Below, one piece after another: positions 38,816 to 47,826 of a stretch of DNA of 64,000 nt. Location of the stretch: positions 96,001 to 160,000 of the forward strand of contig JBBTCT010000022.1 in assembly GCA_038060895.1 (NCBI GenBank). Direction: 5' to 3'. A program made the translations under genes and the position numbers. This DNA comes from Planctomycetota bacterium (GTDB lineage: Bacteria > Planctomycetota > MHYJ01 > WSZJ01). The stretch's first letter is position 1. Every line of letters starts with the position of its first letter. The notes below the pieces were generated by a model. That model did no database searches. It saw only the letters and a program-made list of their open reading frames with translations, and was not told the DNA's origin.

Positions 38816-39601
38816 ATGGCTGACGCCCCCTTCAAGAACTACCAGCTCGCTTCGTCCTTTACCTACGGCCCCATCAAGACGCGCCGGTGCGGGATGTCGC
38901 TCGGGCTCAACACCCTGCCGCCGGATCTCAAGGTGTGTTCGTTCGACTGCCCCTACTGCCAGTGCGGTTGGACGGAGCCGACGGCGCGCGGGCGCGGGGA
39001 GCGGCTGAAGTATCCCGAGGTGAAGGAGATCCTCGGCGAGATCGAGGCGCGCCTCACGGAACTGTCCGCAGCCGGGGAGCGCGTCGACACGATGACCTTC
39101 GCGGGAAACGGCGAGCCGACGCTTCATCCGAAGTTCCGCGAGATCGTGGAAGGGACGATGGCGCTGAAGAAGAAGTTCTACCCGGCCGCGATCGTGGACG
39201 TGCTCTCGAACGCCCAGACGGTAAACCGCCCCAACGTCCGCGAGGGGCTCAAGCTGCTCGACCGCCGCATCCTGAAACTCGACGGCGGGAACATGCGGGT
39301 CATCGAGGCGGTGGACAAGCCGCTCGCGAAGTTCGATCTGCCGGAGATTCTTGAGGGACTGCGCACGCTCGGCGACGTCACGATCCAGTCGATGTTCGTC
39401 GCGGGGTCGACGGACAACACGGCGGACGAGGATGTGGCGGACTGGGTGAAGTGCCTCGACGTCGTGAAGCCGGTCGCGGTGCAGGTGTACACGCTCGACC
39501 GATTCCCGGCGGACAAGAGCCTGAAGCGCGTGCCGAAGGCAAAGCTGGAGGCGATCGCGGAGCGGGCGCGGAAGGCGGGGCATCCGGCTGATGTCTTCTA
39601 A
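38816..39601 (+). CDS. Radical SAM protein
   Basis: CSFDCPYC, FAGNGEPTLHP. Confidence 0.88.
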   Translation: MADAPFKNYQLASSFTYGPIKTRRCGMSLGLNTLPPDLKVCSFDCPYCQCGWTEPTARGRGERLKYPEVKEILGEIEARLTELSAAGERVDTMTFAGNGEPTLHPKFREIVEGTMALKKKFYPAAIVDVLSNAQTVNRPNVREGLKLLDRRILKLDGGNMRVIEAVDKPLAKFDLPEILEGLRTLGDVTIQSMFVAGSTDNTADEDVADWVKCLDVVKPVAVQVYTLDRFPADKSLKRVPKAKLEAIAERARKAGHPADVF

Positions 39602-39639
39602 ACGGAGGTAGAGGAGTGCACCCTGGGACGGCTAGATCC

Positions 39640-39975
39640 ATGCGGATCGTCGCCATCGGCCTGCTCGGAATTCCGGTTGTATGCGGAGTTGTGGCCACGG
39701 CAGCATTCAATAGCCAGGGCGGCTTCGGAGCGGGCCACGGCGACGCGGACCCGTTGATTGGATTGCTGGGGTGCCCGGCGTTGTTTCTGCTCCCATGGCT
39801 CCCGGTGCCGGACTTCATTTCGCAACATGACTTGATCGCGATCATCTGGCTACCGGCGGTATTGAACGAGCTCCTGGTCTGGGGGCCGATCGCCTGGTTC
39901 ATGTTCCGGCTTTCCCGGCGCGCGCCCGACGCGCGTCCCCTGAGCAAGGCGCAGGGGCCGGCTCTAGGCGACTGA
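39640..39975 (+). CDS. Small membrane protein
   Basis: Three hydrophobic segments; start uncertain. Confidence 0.5.
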   Translation: MRIVAIGLLGIPVVCGVVATAAFNSQGGFGAGHGDADPLIGLLGCPALFLLPWLPVPDFISQHDLIAIIWLPAVLNELLVWGPIAWFMFRLSRRAPDARPLSKAQGPALGD

Positions 39976-40019
39976 GCGGGGCGAATCCAGGGTCGAAGGC
40001 ACTGTCACGGCATGAGGCC

Positions 40020-40577
40020 TCACGGAGACTCGCCAAAGACCGCGGAGAGCGGGATCGCAATTCCTGGGAGCAGGGGAGACCGAAGTATGCCGTCGGCGCC
40101 GAACACACCGCGGCTGATCCATCGGCCGCCGGCGCGCTCCAGGATTTCGATGGTGCCCAGGTCCGGGTCCCCGATCCAATACTCAGGGAGTTTGTGCCGG
40201 AGGTAGAGATCTTTCTTGCGCTTGAGATCGTGTTCCCGGTGGGCCTTCGACAGGAATTCGATGGCGATGTCCGGCGCCCCTTCGAGGCGTTCTTTGAGAC
40301 GGTCGAGGTGAGCCTTGGCGATGAAAACGACGTCCGGTTGTACGACCGTGCGTTTTGACAGCACGACGTCGAACGGCGAGATAAACACCTCTCCGAGCTT
40401 GCGCCTGCGGACTCGTCCCTCAAGGAAGGCCGCGAGACGGAGGGCCGCGCGCTGGTGCCGTGCTCCCGGTGCGGGGGTCACGTCGTAGAAGACTCCGTCA
40501 ATGAGCTCGACGCCCCATTCGATGGGGAGGGCCATGTAATCGGCCACGGTCTTCGGGGGATCAGCGCGCACCGGCAT
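40020..40577 (-). CDS. Uma2 (DUF820) family endonuclease-like protein
   Basis: ELIDG, PAPGARHQ, VQPDV, GAPDIAIEFLS, EYWIGDP. Confidence 0.9.
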   Translation of the reverse strand: MPVRADPPKTVADYMALPIEWGVELIDGVFYDVTPAPGARHQRAALRLAAFLEGRVRRRKLGEVFISPFDVVLSKRTVVQPDVVFIAKAHLDRLKERLEGAPDIAIEFLSKAHREHDLKRKKDLYLRHKLPEYWIGDPDLGTIEILERAGGRWISRGVFGADGILRSPLLPGIAIPLSAVFGESP

Positions 40578-40660
40578 GCCCCTAGGATACGAGGCGTTGC
40601 GGAGTACGCGGAATCCGAAGATTCGGCGAGCGGGTGTTCGTGCAATCACGACTGACCAGA

Positions 40661-40688
40661 ATGATATCATGGATATATACGATGTCAA
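40661..40688 (-). promoter_or_regulatory. Putative sigma70 promoter for Uma2 with an overlapping palindrome
   Basis: Minus strand TTGACA-N16-TATCAT; ATGATATCAT palindrome at 40661-40670. Confidence 0.5.
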
Positions 40689-40761
40689 CGGCAGCATATG
40701 AAATAGTTTGCAAAGTGCGTTTCCCCTTCTCCGCCGGCCTCCAATCTGGCAAAACAGCCGC

Positions 40762-41043
40762 ATGCCCTTCCTCCTCACCGACCGCGCCGTCCGCCTCGCC
40801 CGCGAGGCCGGGGGGCATCTGCGCCTGGCGCCGCGTCCCGGGCCGCAGCATGTGCGGCCGATGCCGGTGGATTTCTTCCTGGAGGACGGGCCGCCCGCGG
40901 ACCACGTGTCGTTCCTGGCCGCAGGAGTGACGGTCTGGGTGCCGGCGCATCTGACGTGGATGGCGGATAACGAAGTGGCCATTGAAGCGGCGGCGGATGG
41001 GCACTTGCACGGGGCGATCGAGGACGTGCGGACCCCGTACTAG
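40762..41043 (+). CDS. Small hypothetical protein, HesB/IscA-like pattern without Cys
   Basis: LLTDRAV..LRL..D.VSF.AAGVTVWV pattern. Confidence 0.45.
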   Translation: MPFLLTDRAVRLAREAGGHLRLAPRPGPQHVRPMPVDFFLEDGPPADHVSFLAAGVTVWVPAHLTWMADNEVAIEAAADGHLHGAIEDVRTPY

Positions 41044-41070
41044 CGTGGCCGGCGGACGAATTGAGGGGAC

Positions 41071-41157
41071 GGCGGTGGGCAGGGGGTAGTTGGCAGGAGG
41101 TAGGAACAACTTCTCCCACGATGGCTTTTCCTGCCCCCCACCCACTACCAACTACTC
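41071..41157. repeat. Inverted heptamer-repeat element (GGTAGGA family)
   Basis: GGCGGTG GGCAGGG GGTAGTT GGCAGGA GGTAGGA AC ... TTCCTGCC..CTACCAACTACT. Confidence 0.7.
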
Positions 41158-41283
41158 CCGCCCGCGCAACACTCCCCAGCCGTTGTCCTAACGCCTTGCC
41201 TCGCTTGCCCTTAGACGGCATTGCCGCTTCTGGCGTTATCTGCTAACGTTGACTCCCTTTCCCACTCCCCGGAGCACGCAGCA

Positions 41284-44037
41284 ATGTCCGACGGCGCCAC
41301 GCCTTTCACGACCCGGCATTACTCCATGGAAGACCTCGACGCGCCCCAGAAGCCGCAGAACGGCAACGGGAACGGCGGCGACATTCACTCCTACCGGATC
41401 GACACGGACCCCGCGGAGACCGAGGACTGGAAGGACTCGCTGGACGCGGTCGTCGAACACCATGGGGTTGAGCGCGCTTACTTCCTGCTCAACACGATGC
41501 TCAAGCGGGCGCAGGTCAACAAGGTGCGGCTGCCGGCGCTGGTGCAGACGCCGTACATCAACACGATTTCGACCGAGCTGGAGCCGCCTTATCCGGGCGA
41601 CGAGGAAATGGAACGGCGGATCCGCCGCATCATCCGATGGAATGCGATGGCGATGGTCGTGCGCGCGAACTCCGCATTCCCCGGCATCGGCGGGCACCTC
41701 GCGACCTACGCCTCCGCCGCCAACCTGTACGAAGTCGGCTTCAACCATTTCTTCAAGGGCAAGAACGGCGACGCCTCCGGCGACCAGATTTTCTTCCAGG
41801 GCCACTCGTCGCCCGGAATCTACGCCCGCGCGTTCCTCGAGGGACGCATCCCGCTTGAAAAAATGGAGCGCTTCCGCCGCGAAGTCGAACGCGGCAAGGG
41901 CCTTTCGAGCTACCCTCATCCGTGGCTGATGCCTGATTTCTGGGAGTTCCCGACCGTCAGCATGGGCCTCGGCCCCATGGCCGCGATCTACCAGGCCCGC
42001 TTCAACAGATACCTCCGCGACCGCGGCATCAGGAAGACCGACGAGTCGCGCGTCTGGGCGTTCCTCGGCGACGGGGAATGCGATGAGCCGGAAGCGCTCG
42101 GCGCGCTGTCGCTGGCGTCGCGCGAGGGGCTGGACAACCTGACGTTCATCGTGAACTGCAACCTGCAGCGGCTTGACGGGCCGGTGCGCGGGAACGGCAA
42201 GGTCATCCAGGAGCTCGAAGCGATTTTCCACGGCTCCGGCTGGAACGTCATAAAGGTCATCTGGGGCCGCCGCTGGGACCCGCTGCTTGCACAGGACACC
42301 GACGGCGTGCTCGTGCGCCGCATGGGCGAAGTCGTCGACGGCGAATTCCAGCGCTACCAGATGGAAGGCGGCACGTACACGCGCCAGCACTTCTTCGGGA
42401 CCGACCCGCGCCTCCTCAAGATGGTCGAGCACCTCACCGACGACCAGATCGCGCGCCTCCGCCGCGGCGGGCACGACCAGAAGAAAAACCACGCCGCGTT
42501 CAAGGCGGCCGTCGAGCACAAGGGGCAGCCGACCGTCATCCTCGCGCATACCGTCAAGGGCTGGACCCTCGGCGGCAAGATCGAGTCGAAGAACGTCGCG
42601 CACAACCAGAAGAAGATGGAAGAAGAAGAGCTGAGAAAGTTCCGGGACGCGCTTCAGCTTCCGATCGCCGATGCGAAGCTGGCGGAAGCGCCGTTCTACC
42701 ACCCCGGGGAAGACTCGCCGGAAGTGAAGTATCTGCGCGCCCGCCGGGAGGCGCTGGGCGGCTATGTGCCGCGGCGCATCGTGCGCAAGAAGTCCCTGGC
42801 GCCGCCGCCGCTGGAGAAGTTCGACTACTTCTTCAAGGGCACGAAAGAAGCGGTCTCGACGACGGGAGCGTTCGTGCGGATCCTGGCGGACCTGTGCAAG
42901 GACCCGCAGATTGGCAAGCGGATCGTGCCGACGATTCCCGACGAGGCCCGGACGTTCGGGATGGAGGCGCTTTTCAAGACGCTGGGCATCTACTCCTCGG
43001 TCGGGCAGCTCTACGAGCCGGTCGATTCGAAGATGCTGCTGTCGTACCGCGAGGCGAAGGACGGGCAGGTGCTGGAAGAAGGCATCACCGAAGCGGGCGC
43101 GATGTCGTCGTTCATGGCGGCCGCGACGTCGTATGCGACCCACGGCGAGCCGATGATCCCGTTCTACATCTTTTACTCGATGTTCGGTTTCCAGCGCATC
43201 GGCGACCAGGCCTGGGCCGTCGGCGACGCGCGCGGCCGCGGATTCCTCATGGGCGCGACCTCGGGCCGGACGACGCTCAACGGCGAAGGTCTCCAGCACG
43301 AGGACGGGCACTCGCTCCTGCTGGCCTCCACCCACCCGACCTGCCGCGCCTACGATCCCGCATTTGCGTTCGAAATCGCGATCATCGTCCACGACGGCCT
43401 GAAGCGGATGCTGCAGGAAAACGAGGACGGGTATTACTACATCACGATCCAGAACGAGAATTACGAGCAGCCCGCCATGCCCGCCGGCGTGCAGCAGGGC
43501 GTGCTCGACGGGCTCTACCTGTTCCGCAAGTCGTCGCTCGCCAAGGGCCCGAAGGTGCAGCTCTTCGGGAGCGGCTCGATCCTGATGGGCGTCTTGAAGG
43601 CGCAGGAGATGCTCGCCGAACAGGGGATTTCCGCCGACGTCTGGAGCGCGACGTCCTATCTGAACCTCCGGCGTGAGGCTCTCGAGACTGAGCGCTGGAA
43701 CATGCTCCACCCCGAATCCTCGCCGCGCGTGCCGCTCGTGCAGCGCATTCTCAAGGGCGCCGACGGCCCGATCATCGCTTCCTCCGACTACATGAAGGCC
43801 GTTCCCGACCAGATCGTCCGCTGGGTCCCGCAGATGCACACCCTCGGGACCGACGGCTTCGGCCGGAGCGACACGCGCTCCGCCCTTCGCCGCCATTTCG
43901 AAGTCGATGCCGAGTCGGTCGTCGTCGCGGCGCTGTGGCAGCTGGCGAAACGCGGCCAGATGAAGCCCGCGGACGTGACGAAGGCGATCAAGCAGTACGG
44001 GTTTGACCCCGAGAAACCGGATCCTCGTACACTCTAG
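41284..44037 (+). CDS. aceE: Pyruvate dehydrogenase E1, homodimeric type
   Basis: IRWNAMAMV, GGH, QGHSSPGIYARAFLEGR, LSSYPHP, FPTVSMGLGP, GDGECDEPE, DEARTFGME; start may instead be 41326. Confidence 0.95.
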   Translation: MSDGATPFTTRHYSMEDLDAPQKPQNGNGNGGDIHSYRIDTDPAETEDWKDSLDAVVEHHGVERAYFLLNTMLKRAQVNKVRLPALVQTPYINTISTELEPPYPGDEEMERRIRRIIRWNAMAMVVRANSAFPGIGGHLATYASAANLYEVGFNHFFKGKNGDASGDQIFFQGHSSPGIYARAFLEGRIPLEKMERFRREVERGKGLSSYPHPWLMPDFWEFPTVSMGLGPMAAIYQARFNRYLRDRGIRKTDESRVWAFLGDGECDEPEALGALSLASREGLDNLTFIVNCNLQRLDGPVRGNGKVIQELEAIFHGSGWNVIKVIWGRRWDPLLAQDTDGVLVRRMGEVVDGEFQRYQMEGGTYTRQHFFGTDPRLLKMVEHLTDDQIARLRRGGHDQKKNHAAFKAAVEHKGQPTVILAHTVKGWTLGGKIESKNVAHNQKKMEEEELRKFRDALQLPIADAKLAEAPFYHPGEDSPEVKYLRARREALGGYVPRRIVRKKSLAPPPLEKFDYFFKGTKEAVSTTGAFVRILADLCKDPQIGKRIVPTIPDEARTFGMEALFKTLGIYSSVGQLYEPVDSKMLLSYREAKDGQVLEEGITEAGAMSSFMAAATSYATHGEPMIPFYIFYSMFGFQRIGDQAWAVGDARGRGFLMGATSGRTTLNGEGLQHEDGHSLLLASTHPTCRAYDPAFAFEIAIIVHDGLKRMLQENEDGYYYITIQNENYEQPAMPAGVQQGVLDGLYLFRKSSLAKGPKVQLFGSGSILMGVLKAQEMLAEQGISADVWSATSYLNLRREALETERWNMLHPESSPRVPLVQRILKGADGPIIASSDYMKAVPDQIVRWVPQMHTLGTDGFGRSDTRSALRRHFEVDAESVVVAALWQLAKRGQMKPADVTKAIKQYGFDPEKPDPRTL

Positions 44038-44055
44038 GCGCTTTGGGAGCCCCGC

Positions 44056-44412
44056 ATGCTTCGCGAAGAAAACCTGCTCTTCGCCCTTTACGCCTATCGC
44101 ATCGGCCTGCTCTCGAAGGAGCAGTTCCTGGCGGTTTCGAAGACCCTCCGCGCCGACAACGACGTGGACCTCGGCAAGTCGCTCGTGAAGCGCCACGTGC
44201 TGGACGACACGCAGTCGAAGACTCTCTGGGATCTCGTCGGCGTCCAGCAGGCGATGCTCGGGGACGCCAAGAACGCCATGGGAAACGTCCCGATGGACGA
44301 CGAAATCCGCACGGCGCTTCATGCCGCGATCCTCGCCGGCGAAATTCCCGCCTCGAAGGCGGCGACGGACAAGGGGACGATCAACATCGACGCGCCGATC
44401 GAGGGAACGTAG
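44056..44412 (+). CDS. Small helical protein (ENLLF family, copy 1)
   Basis: ENLLFALYAYRIGLLSKEQ; paralog of 45191. Confidence 0.7.
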   Translation: MLREENLLFALYAYRIGLLSKEQFLAVSKTLRADNDVDLGKSLVKRHVLDDTQSKTLWDLVGVQQAMLGDAKNAMGNVPMDDEIRTALHAAILAGEIPASKAATDKGTINIDAPIEGT

Positions 44413-44423
44413 GAGTCACGCCG

Positions 44424-45140
44424 ATGTCCATCGAGTTCACGAAAAACCACCAGGACCTCTCGACGGAGAAGGGGTTCCAGTTCAAGTTCTTTTGCGACAA
44501 GTGCGGCAACGGTTTTCTCTCCGAGTACGTCACGAACAAGCTTGGCGTTGCGGGGAGCCTTCTGAATGCGGCCGGCTCCTTCTTCGGCGGCGTCTTCAAC
44601 CAGGCCGGCAATTCTGCCCACCAGATCCAGAAGGCCGTCGGCGGCAAGCAGCACGACGAGGCGATCCGCGCTGCCGTCGCCGAGATGAAGCCGAAGTTCC
44701 GGCATTGCACGCGGTGCGGCAAATGGGTCTGCCCGCAGGCGTGCTGGAACGAAAAGAAGAGCCTGTGCGAGGACTGCGCGCCCGACATCGGCGAGGAACT
44801 CGCAGCAGCACAGGCGCAGGTCGCAAAGGACCAGGTCTGGGACAAGGCGCGCAAGGCCGACATGGTGAAGGACGTCGACGTCGAGCGCGAGACGGTCGCG
44901 AAATGCGCATCCTGCGGCGCCCGTACAGGCACTTCGAAGTTCTGCCCCGAATGCGGCAAGCCCGTCGCGGTGAAAACGAAATGCGGCGGCTGCGGCGCCG
45001 AAATGGACGCCGCGGTCAAGTTCTGCCCCGAGTGCGGCATTCCGCGCGAGAACAAGGTCAAGTGCGGCAAATGCGGTGCGCTGATTAATACCGGGACGAA
45101 ATTCTGCCCGGAGTGCGGCGAAAAGGGCTCCGGCCAGTGA
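44424..45140 (+). CDS. Multi zinc-ribbon (double zinc ribbon) protein
   Basis: GFQFKFFCDKCG and three C..CG...KFCPECG repeats; AGGAG RBS. Confidence 0.85.
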   Translation: MSIEFTKNHQDLSTEKGFQFKFFCDKCGNGFLSEYVTNKLGVAGSLLNAAGSFFGGVFNQAGNSAHQIQKAVGGKQHDEAIRAAVAEMKPKFRHCTRCGKWVCPQACWNEKKSLCEDCAPDIGEELAAAQAQVAKDQVWDKARKADMVKDVDVERETVAKCASCGARTGTSKFCPECGKPVAVKTKCGGCGAEMDAAVKFCPECGIPRENKVKCGKCGALINTGTKFCPECGEKGSGQ

Positions 45141-45190
45141 CGCGTTTTCCGCTTGGATTGCCCCCTGCGCCAAGCCGACAATAATCCTGC

Positions 45191-45529
45191 ATGAAACGCC
45201 CCGAGAACCTGCTCTTCACCCTCTACGCGCATCGCGTCGGCATCCTCACGCGCGACCAGCTCCTCCTCATCTGCCAGTCGCTCCGGCACGGGAAGGACAT
45301 CGACATTGGCCAGTCGCTCGCCAAGCGCGGCCTGATGGACGACCGGCAGGCGGAGGCGATCTGGAACCTGGTGGCCTGCCAGGTGGACATCATCGGGACG
45401 GCCAAGAAGGCGCTCCAGACCGTCGAGGCCGGCGAGTTGATCCTGCAGGCGATATGGGCCGCGATCCAGCCGCAGCCGGCGGCGAAGAACCGGCCGGGCG
45501 ACGACCCCCCGACGATCCAGCTTGACTGA
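45191..45529 (+). CDS. Small helical protein (ENLLF family, copy 2)
   Basis: ENLLFTLYAHRVGILTRDQ..DIGQSLAKRG..IWNLV..Q aligns with 44056. Confidence 0.7.
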   Translation: MKRPENLLFTLYAHRVGILTRDQLLLICQSLRHGKDIDIGQSLAKRGLMDDRQAEAIWNLVACQVDIIGTAKKALQTVEAGELILQAIWAAIQPQPAAKNRPGDDPPTIQLD

Positions 45530-45539
45530 GAACTCAAGC

Positions 45540-45926
45540 GTGCCCGAGGACCCGCGCTATCTGCACGGCATCGCGCTCTTCAATGCGCAGTATTTTTTCG
45601 ACGCGCACGACTCGTGGGAAGATCTCTGGGCCGACACGCGCGACGGGGACCGGCTCTTCTATCAGGCTCTGATCAACGCAACCGTCGCGCTCTACCACTG
45701 GCGTAACGACAACAAGAAGGGCGCGCGGCACGTCTACGGGTACTTCACGGAACGCGCGCCGCGCTACCCGGCGTGGCACCATAGCCTGAACCTGGGGAAG
45801 CTGCGCGAAGAGATGGCATCGCTGTTTGCGCGGCTGGAGACGGAGGCATTTGAAGCGGCGAAGGCACCGAAGCTGGAGACGGAAGGGCTGGAGATACCCG
45901 AGGCGAAACCGCACGAGGAGATGTGA
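45540..45926 (+). CDS. DUF309 domain protein
   Basis: [33 protein letters not shown]. Confidence 0.85.
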   Translation: MPEDPRYLHGIALFNAQYFFDAHDSWEDLWADTRDGDRLFYQALINATVALYHWRNDNKKGARHVYGYFTERAPRYPAWHHSLNLGKLREEMASLFARLETEAFEAAKAPKLETEGLEIPEAKPHEEM

Positions 45927-46489
45927 TGCTGAAGAGCGACCGGTGGATCCGTGAGATGGCGAAGGAAAAGGCGCTGATCGTGCCGTTTGTGGAGCGGCAG
46001 GTGTCGCGCGGGGTGGTGAGTTACGGGCTGTCGTCGTACGGGTACGACGTGCGCGTGGCCGACGAATTCCGGATCTTCACGAACGTCCACACGGCGGTCG
46101 TGGACCCGAAGGCGTTCGACGAGAAGAGCTTCGTCGAGGTGAGGGCGAAGGTGTGCACGATCCCGCCGAACTCGTTCGTGCTGGCGCGGACGGTCGAGTA
46201 TTTCCGGATCCCGAGAAATGTGCTGGCGCTGTGCGTCGGGAAGTCAACTTACGCGCGGTGCGGGATCATCGTGAACGTCACCCCCTTCGAACCCGGGTGG
46301 GAGGGATTCGCGACGCTGGAGGTGAGCAACACGACGCCTTTGCCGGCGCGGATTTATGCGGGGGAAGGAATCGCACAGGTGATATTCCTGGAGGCGGATG
46401 AGGAATGCGAGGTGAGTTATGCGGAGAGGAAGGGGAAATACCACAAGCAGAGGGGAGTGGTCGGGCCGCGGGTGAAGAGAACGACTTAA
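45926..46489 (+). CDS. dcd: dCTP deaminase
   Basis: [36 protein letters not shown]. Confidence 0.95.
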   Translation: MLKSDRWIREMAKEKALIVPFVERQVSRGVVSYGLSSYGYDVRVADEFRIFTNVHTAVVDPKAFDEKSFVEVRAKVCTIPPNSFVLARTVEYFRIPRNVLALCVGKSTYARCGIIVNVTPFEPGWEGFATLEVSNTTPLPARIYAGEGIAQVIFLEADEECEVSYAERKGKYHKQRGVVGPRVKRTT

Positions 46490-46980
46490 TTTTGAATATC
46501 AAATATCAAATATCGAATATCAGATAGCCGATGAGGGCGGAGGTGGAGAGGAGCAGGACGGAGGCGATGATCTTGAGTCCCTGGCGCAGGCGCGTGGATC
46601 CGATGATGGCGTGGCCGAGCTTCAGGACTTCTTCCGACAGTCCGAGTGGTTCCCGAACCAGATCCTCGGGTAGCAGGCCCGAGTCCTTGGCCAGCCGAAG
46701 CCAGTAGCCGGTCTCGTGGGCTTCCTTAGTCGCGATCCCGATCTTGTGGACGAAGTCTCGCGGGCTCTCCGCGGCCTGCGACTCCTCGACATTGGCGCCG
46801 CAGCCTGTGCCCGACCGGAAGAGCTGGTTCCGCAGGAGATCCAGCTTGTCGGCCTGAGGCCCGGTGCAGAGCTTTACGACCAGGACCGAGAGCGTGTAGC
46901 TCTTCTCGAGTATGGGATTCGGCACGCTTCAACCTCCATTCATTATTATGTATTAGATATTATATATTCATAATTATGTC
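46483..46980. mobile_element. Cassette bounded by imperfect AATATC-heptamer inverted repeats, carrying a four-helix-bundle gene
   Basis: 46483-46512 and the reverse complement of 46951-46980 match at 25/30 positions. Confidence 0.6.
46506..46925 (-). CDS. Four-helix-bundle protein (TIGR02436 / 23S-IVS-protein-like)
   Basis: QLFRSGTGCGANVEES..ES..DFVHK..IATKEAHETGYWLRL; GGAGG RBS. Confidence 0.9.
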   Translation of the reverse strand: MPNPILEKSYTLSVLVVKLCTGPQADKLDLLRNQLFRSGTGCGANVEESQAAESPRDFVHKIGIATKEAHETGYWLRLAKDSGLLPEDLVREPLGLSEEVLKLGHAIIGSTRLRQGLKIIASVLLLSTSALIGYLIFDI

Positions 46981-46988
46981 TTTGTCAA
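46959..46988 (-). promoter_or_regulatory. Consensus sigma70 promoter of the four-helix-bundle gene
   Basis: Minus strand TTGACA (46988-46983)-N18-TATAAT (46964-46959). Confidence 0.75.
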
Positions 46989-46998
46989 CAGCTTTGCT

Positions 46999-47826
46999 TC
47001 ATATTTCCACCACCCCCGCCTCTCCCTCCATCGCCCCGATCACCGCCAGCCCCTTCGGCGCCGCATTCCTCGCCAGTGCCACAAACTTGTCCACCTCGTC
47101 ATCCGTCCGGTCCGGCGCATGATGGAACAGCGCCAGCTTCTTCGTCCCGGCTTGCTCCGCCACCGACAGCGCATGCTCCCACGACGCATGTCCCCACTTC
47201 TCGTGCCCTCTCCAGTCCTCCGGCCCGAACGTCGTATCGTGGATCAGCAGATCCGCTTCCTTCGCAAGGTCGATCGCCGCCTGCACGGGAACCCCGCCCG
47301 GGTAGCCCACGTCGGTCATGTAGGCAACCGTCCCGCTCTTTCCCTCGACGCGGAAGCCGTACGACTCGATGCGGCCGTGGGGGAGGGAAGCGGCGGTGAC
47401 CTCGAAGTCGTGGATCTGGAACGGCTCTTCGCCCAGGCTGTGGAATTCGAGCTTGGCGGAGAGGTTCTTGAGGGAAAAGAGGGGCGAGTAGTCCGGGTTG
47501 AGCGACTCGTCGAGGACGTGGTCGACCTTTTTCCCGGCGCCGCGCGGGCCGTAGATGTCGATCTGCATTTTCGGGTTGAAGACCGGCGCGAAGAACGGGA
47601 AGCCCTGGATGTGGTCGATGTGGGTATGCGAGAGAAGGATCTGGAGCCTCTTGGCTCCCTGCCCCATCAGAGTCTTTCCGAGCTCGATGGCGCCGCTTCC
47701 CAGGTCCAGGATGATCCGCTTCTCCCCTTCCGTCAGCTCGACGCACGCGGTATTGCCGCCGTAGCGCACGAACTCTGCGCCCGCCGCGACGAAGGAACCG
47801 CGCACGCCCCAGAAGCGGATCTTCAT
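46999..47826 (-). CDS. MBL-fold metallo-hydrolase
   Basis: FWGVRGS, YGGNTAC, SHTHIDHIQG, WGH, LFHH. Confidence 0.9.
   Translation of the reverse strand: MKIRFWGVRGSFVAAGAEFVRYGGNTACVELTEGEKRIILDLGSGAIELGKTLMGQGAKRLQILLSHTHIDHIQGFPFFAPVFNPKMQIDIYGPRGAGKKVDHVLDESLNPDYSPLFSLKNLSAKLEFHSLGEEPFQIHDFEVTAASLPHGRIESYGFRVEGKSGTVAYMTDVGYPGGVPVQAAIDLAKEADLLIHDTTFGPEDWRGHEKWGHASWEHALSVAEQAGTKKLALFHHAPDRTDDEVDKFVALARNAAPKGLAVIGAMEGEAGVVEI

Noticed and set aside
41236-44322. 1028-aa minus-strand ORF
   Set aside because: Antisense shadow of aceE.
46506-46925. Diversity-generating retroelement or 23S rRNA intervening sequence
   Set aside because: No reverse transcriptase, TR/VR pair or rRNA gene is visible in the window.
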